Shown: piece by piece, positions 25,821 through 27,995 of the stretch
Position numbering within the stretch: the first letter of the stretch is position 1
Layout: the number at the start of each line of letters is the position of its first letter
DNA from: an uncultured Candidatus Cloacimonadota bacterium
Lineage (GTDB): Bacteria > Cloacimonadota > Cloacimonadia > Cloacimonadales > TCS61
Direction of reading: 5' to 3'
NCBI GenBank assembly: GCA_964441785.1
Contig: CAYYLA010000001.1
Location: 9,565 to 37,559, forward strand
Length of the DNA: 27,995 nucleotides
Notes under the pieces: model-generated
What the model saw: the letters and a program-made list of their open reading frames with translations, nothing else
Told to the model about the DNA's origin: nothing
The model's database searches: none
Translations under genes and position numbers: made by a program

Positions 25821-27995
25821 ATGCGAGTTAGGATTTTTTTGTGTTTGTTATTGATCTTATCAGTGTTAACCCTTTGGGGAGAAGCAATAGTCTGGGAAGC
25901 TGATTTTGCCAGTCAGGAAACGGAATGGCAACTGGATGAAAACTGGATGAATGCCGGTGATTATCTTGTACTGAACTGGTCTCCTGCAATTATCGATTAT
26001 GATTTATCTGCTATATCGCCAGAGATCGAACTACCTGAAGATACAAATGAGTTAACAGTCTCTCAATGGATTTCCGAATATATGACCAATGAAGGTGAGT
26101 ATGCCGAAATCAATATATTGTCCGATGGGAATTCCACAAATATCTGGTCATTGGAGTTAGATGGAACTGACTGGGGTGTTATGGACGGTGAAGAATTAGC
26201 ATTGGATATTAGTGCTTTTTCCAACACAACAATTCAGATTGAATTCAGAAGCTTTGGATCATCAACCTTTAACTTCAATTATTGGTATCTATATGGGATG
26301 CAGATAGAAGCCTTTCTCGATCATGATGTCAGTGCTGTCTCAATCTCAGGAACCTCATCAATGTTTGTTAACGAAGAGGGTAACTGGACCGTTACTGGTA
26401 TGAATTCCGGTTTATTTGAAGAGAATGATGTTCAGGTTTCGTTGATGAATGGTGATACAGAGATTTCTACAATTGCTGTGGAAGGTCCGCTGGCGGTTGG
26501 TGAAGAGTTCAATCTCGATTTCACCTGGACTCCAACTGAGGATCAGGTTGCGTTGCTGCGAGGAGTAATAACTATGCCGGGGGATGAATATCTATCCAAT
26601 AATGAGACAGAGCCATTTCTGGTAAATATCTATCCAGAGGATGCGATTGTCGCTTTGATCTGGGATAATGATAATGGTTCTTATGTGGGAGCTACAGGTA
26701 CAGAGGAATATCTGGAACAGGTTTTAGATGAAGCTAATATTATCTATGAAACATCTCTAAGTTTGCCACAGGATCTTTCATCCTACGATGCGATTTTTAT
26801 TGCCCTTGGCGTTTATTGCGTGGGCTGAGGTGTAACCCCTCCCGGCTCTGTAGGAGCTCAAGAACAAATCCGTTTAATTGATTTCGTAAATAGTGGTAAA
26901 GGTCTCTATATAGAAGGTTCTGATTTTGCTGCTTCCCATCAGGGAACTGATTTTTTCAACCTTTTTGGATGTGATTTGACTAATAATGAGACAGGAGATG
27001 TCGGCACATTACAAGGTCAGATTGGTACAATGGTTGATGGTATGAACTTTGACTTCTCAAACGGGATGGATGAAAACTATTCGGTTGATGGATTATCGGC
27101 AAATGATGGGACGATGCTGTTTACTTCAGGTCTCTACGGCAGAGTTGTAATGAATTCTGCTCAGGGTGGACGAACCATCTGCTCTACTCCTGTGTTGGGA
27201 GGATACATAGAAAATGGTGATAATTCCCATCTGAATCTTTTCCAGCAATATCTGACCTATCTAGTTGATCCTGAAGCATCTGCCATGATTCCATCCAACT
27301 TTGCTGCCGAGTTGATCAGCGATGATGTCTACATGGATTGGATGGCACCGGATAATTTGACTGGTCTGCTGGGGTATAATGTCTACAAAAATGGGATGTT
27401 ACTAAACAGTGAAGTAGTTGAGGAAGCCGAATATGTCGAAGAAAATATTGATTATGGAGTACATTCTTATTGGGTTACTGCAATCTATGAAGGTGATGTA
27501 GAAAGTAACTCTTCGAATCATGCAACTATCGTTTATTCCGATCCCACCAGTGGCTATGCTCTCGACTTTGATGGGATTACCTCCGAGGTTGTTGTTACCG
27601 ATGCTCCAGATTTAAATCCAACCGAACAGATTTCGGTAGAAGCATGGGTTAAATTAGCTGGAATCACAAGCCTTCCTTCCATTGTCAGTAAAGAGGATTG
27701 GAGTACAGGTGAAACGGGGTATGTATTAAGAATTGATGATTTTGTTAATACAAATACGCCCCAATTTCAAATAGGGACAGCGCAGGGTTGGATAGCAGCC
27801 AGTGCTCCGCTGGGGTCTATACCTTTTGATACCTGGACGCATGTAGCAGGAACCTATGATGGATCCAATATTAAAATCTATATTGATGGTGAACTGGAAG
27901 GGACCCAACCTTGCTCCGAAACAATTAACATCTCTCCTATAGATTTAAGAATCGGTGGGCATATGGAAGGATCTAACAGGTACTGGAATGGTGTG
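25821..27995 (+). CDS. Secreted multidomain selenoprotein C, 3'-partial (Sec336 at TGA 26826-26828): signal peptide, adhesin-like domain, CARDB-like Ig, CxxU alpha/beta domain, FN3-like, LamG/concanavalin-like domain
   Basis: IALGVYCVG-TGA-GVTPPGSVGAQEQIRLIDFVNSGKGLYIEG; by my translation the frame stays open from 26829 to the window end (…MDWMAP…GYNVY…YWVTAIY…; YALDFDG…ISVEAWVK…WTHVAGTYDGSNIKIYIDG). The ORF track does not list this part. Confidence 0.9.
26844..26858 (+). other. Putative SECIS element for TGA 26826
   Basis: GGCTC-[TGTAG]-GAGCT; stem at +16, loop G at +22. Confidence 0.8.

Noticed and set aside
11298-26828. Nonsense pseudogenes or sequencing errors at the six TGAs
   Set aside because: Three paralogs have TGA at the same aligned codon, downstream frames are intact, and the hairpin shows compensatory change; independent random lesions would not do this.
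20-27908. Numerous 60-140 aa antisense or alternate-frame ORFs in the track (e.g. 157-486, 10849-11238, 15339-15659, 15388-15807, 17572-17979, 27726-27908)
   Set aside because: They lie wholly inside well-supported genes, have no RBS or family motifs, and are expected shadow ORFs.
1-27995. Genome-wide TGA reassignment (Trp or Gly; genetic code 4 or 25)
   Set aside because: Five genes end at TGA exactly where their families end, Trp is encoded by TGG throughout, and internal TGAs occur once per gene and only beside Cys with a hairpin.
1-27995. tRNA-Sec, selA/selB/selD, rRNA, tRNA, integrase or transposase genes
   Set aside because: None recognisable in the window; the Sec machinery must lie elsewhere if the main finding is right.

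Overview
AT-rich bacterial DNA, almost all coded on the + strand. The C-terminal 'NYPNPFNP...KKMxLLK' FlgD-Ig/Por-type sorting domains suggest a Cloacimonadota- or FCB-like organism (inference). Order: partial large secreted multidomain protein; single-domain receiver; short divergent rho (- strand); a signalling block (TPR histidine kinase, NtrC-type sigma54 activator, receiver, second TPR kinase); two large secreted paralogs; an extracytoplasmic thiol-redox cluster (TrmB-HTH, nDsbD-like, CD1871A-like peptide, NapH-like 4Fe-4S membrane protein, two TlpA, Omp28-like lipoprotein, DUF6029-like barrel, Omp28-like secreted protein, ArsR, CcdA, two thioredoxins, beta-barrel); and a third secreted paralog running off the end. 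The main result is that the ORF track splits or misses six genes at in-frame TGA codons (11298, 14232, 17219, 21953, 25103, 26826). Each TGA sits in a Cys motif (CVGU, CVSU, CLGU, CUC, CGU, CVGU) and is followed by a small hairpin, with a G-containing loop 16-22 nt downstream, that fits a bacterial SECIS. The window therefore appears to encode six envelope or secreted selenoproteins from four unrelated families, next to the machinery that could keep them reduced, with sigma54-type promoters upstream of two of them. No selA/selB/selC/selD gene is visible in the window, so Sec decoding still needs genome-level confirmation.
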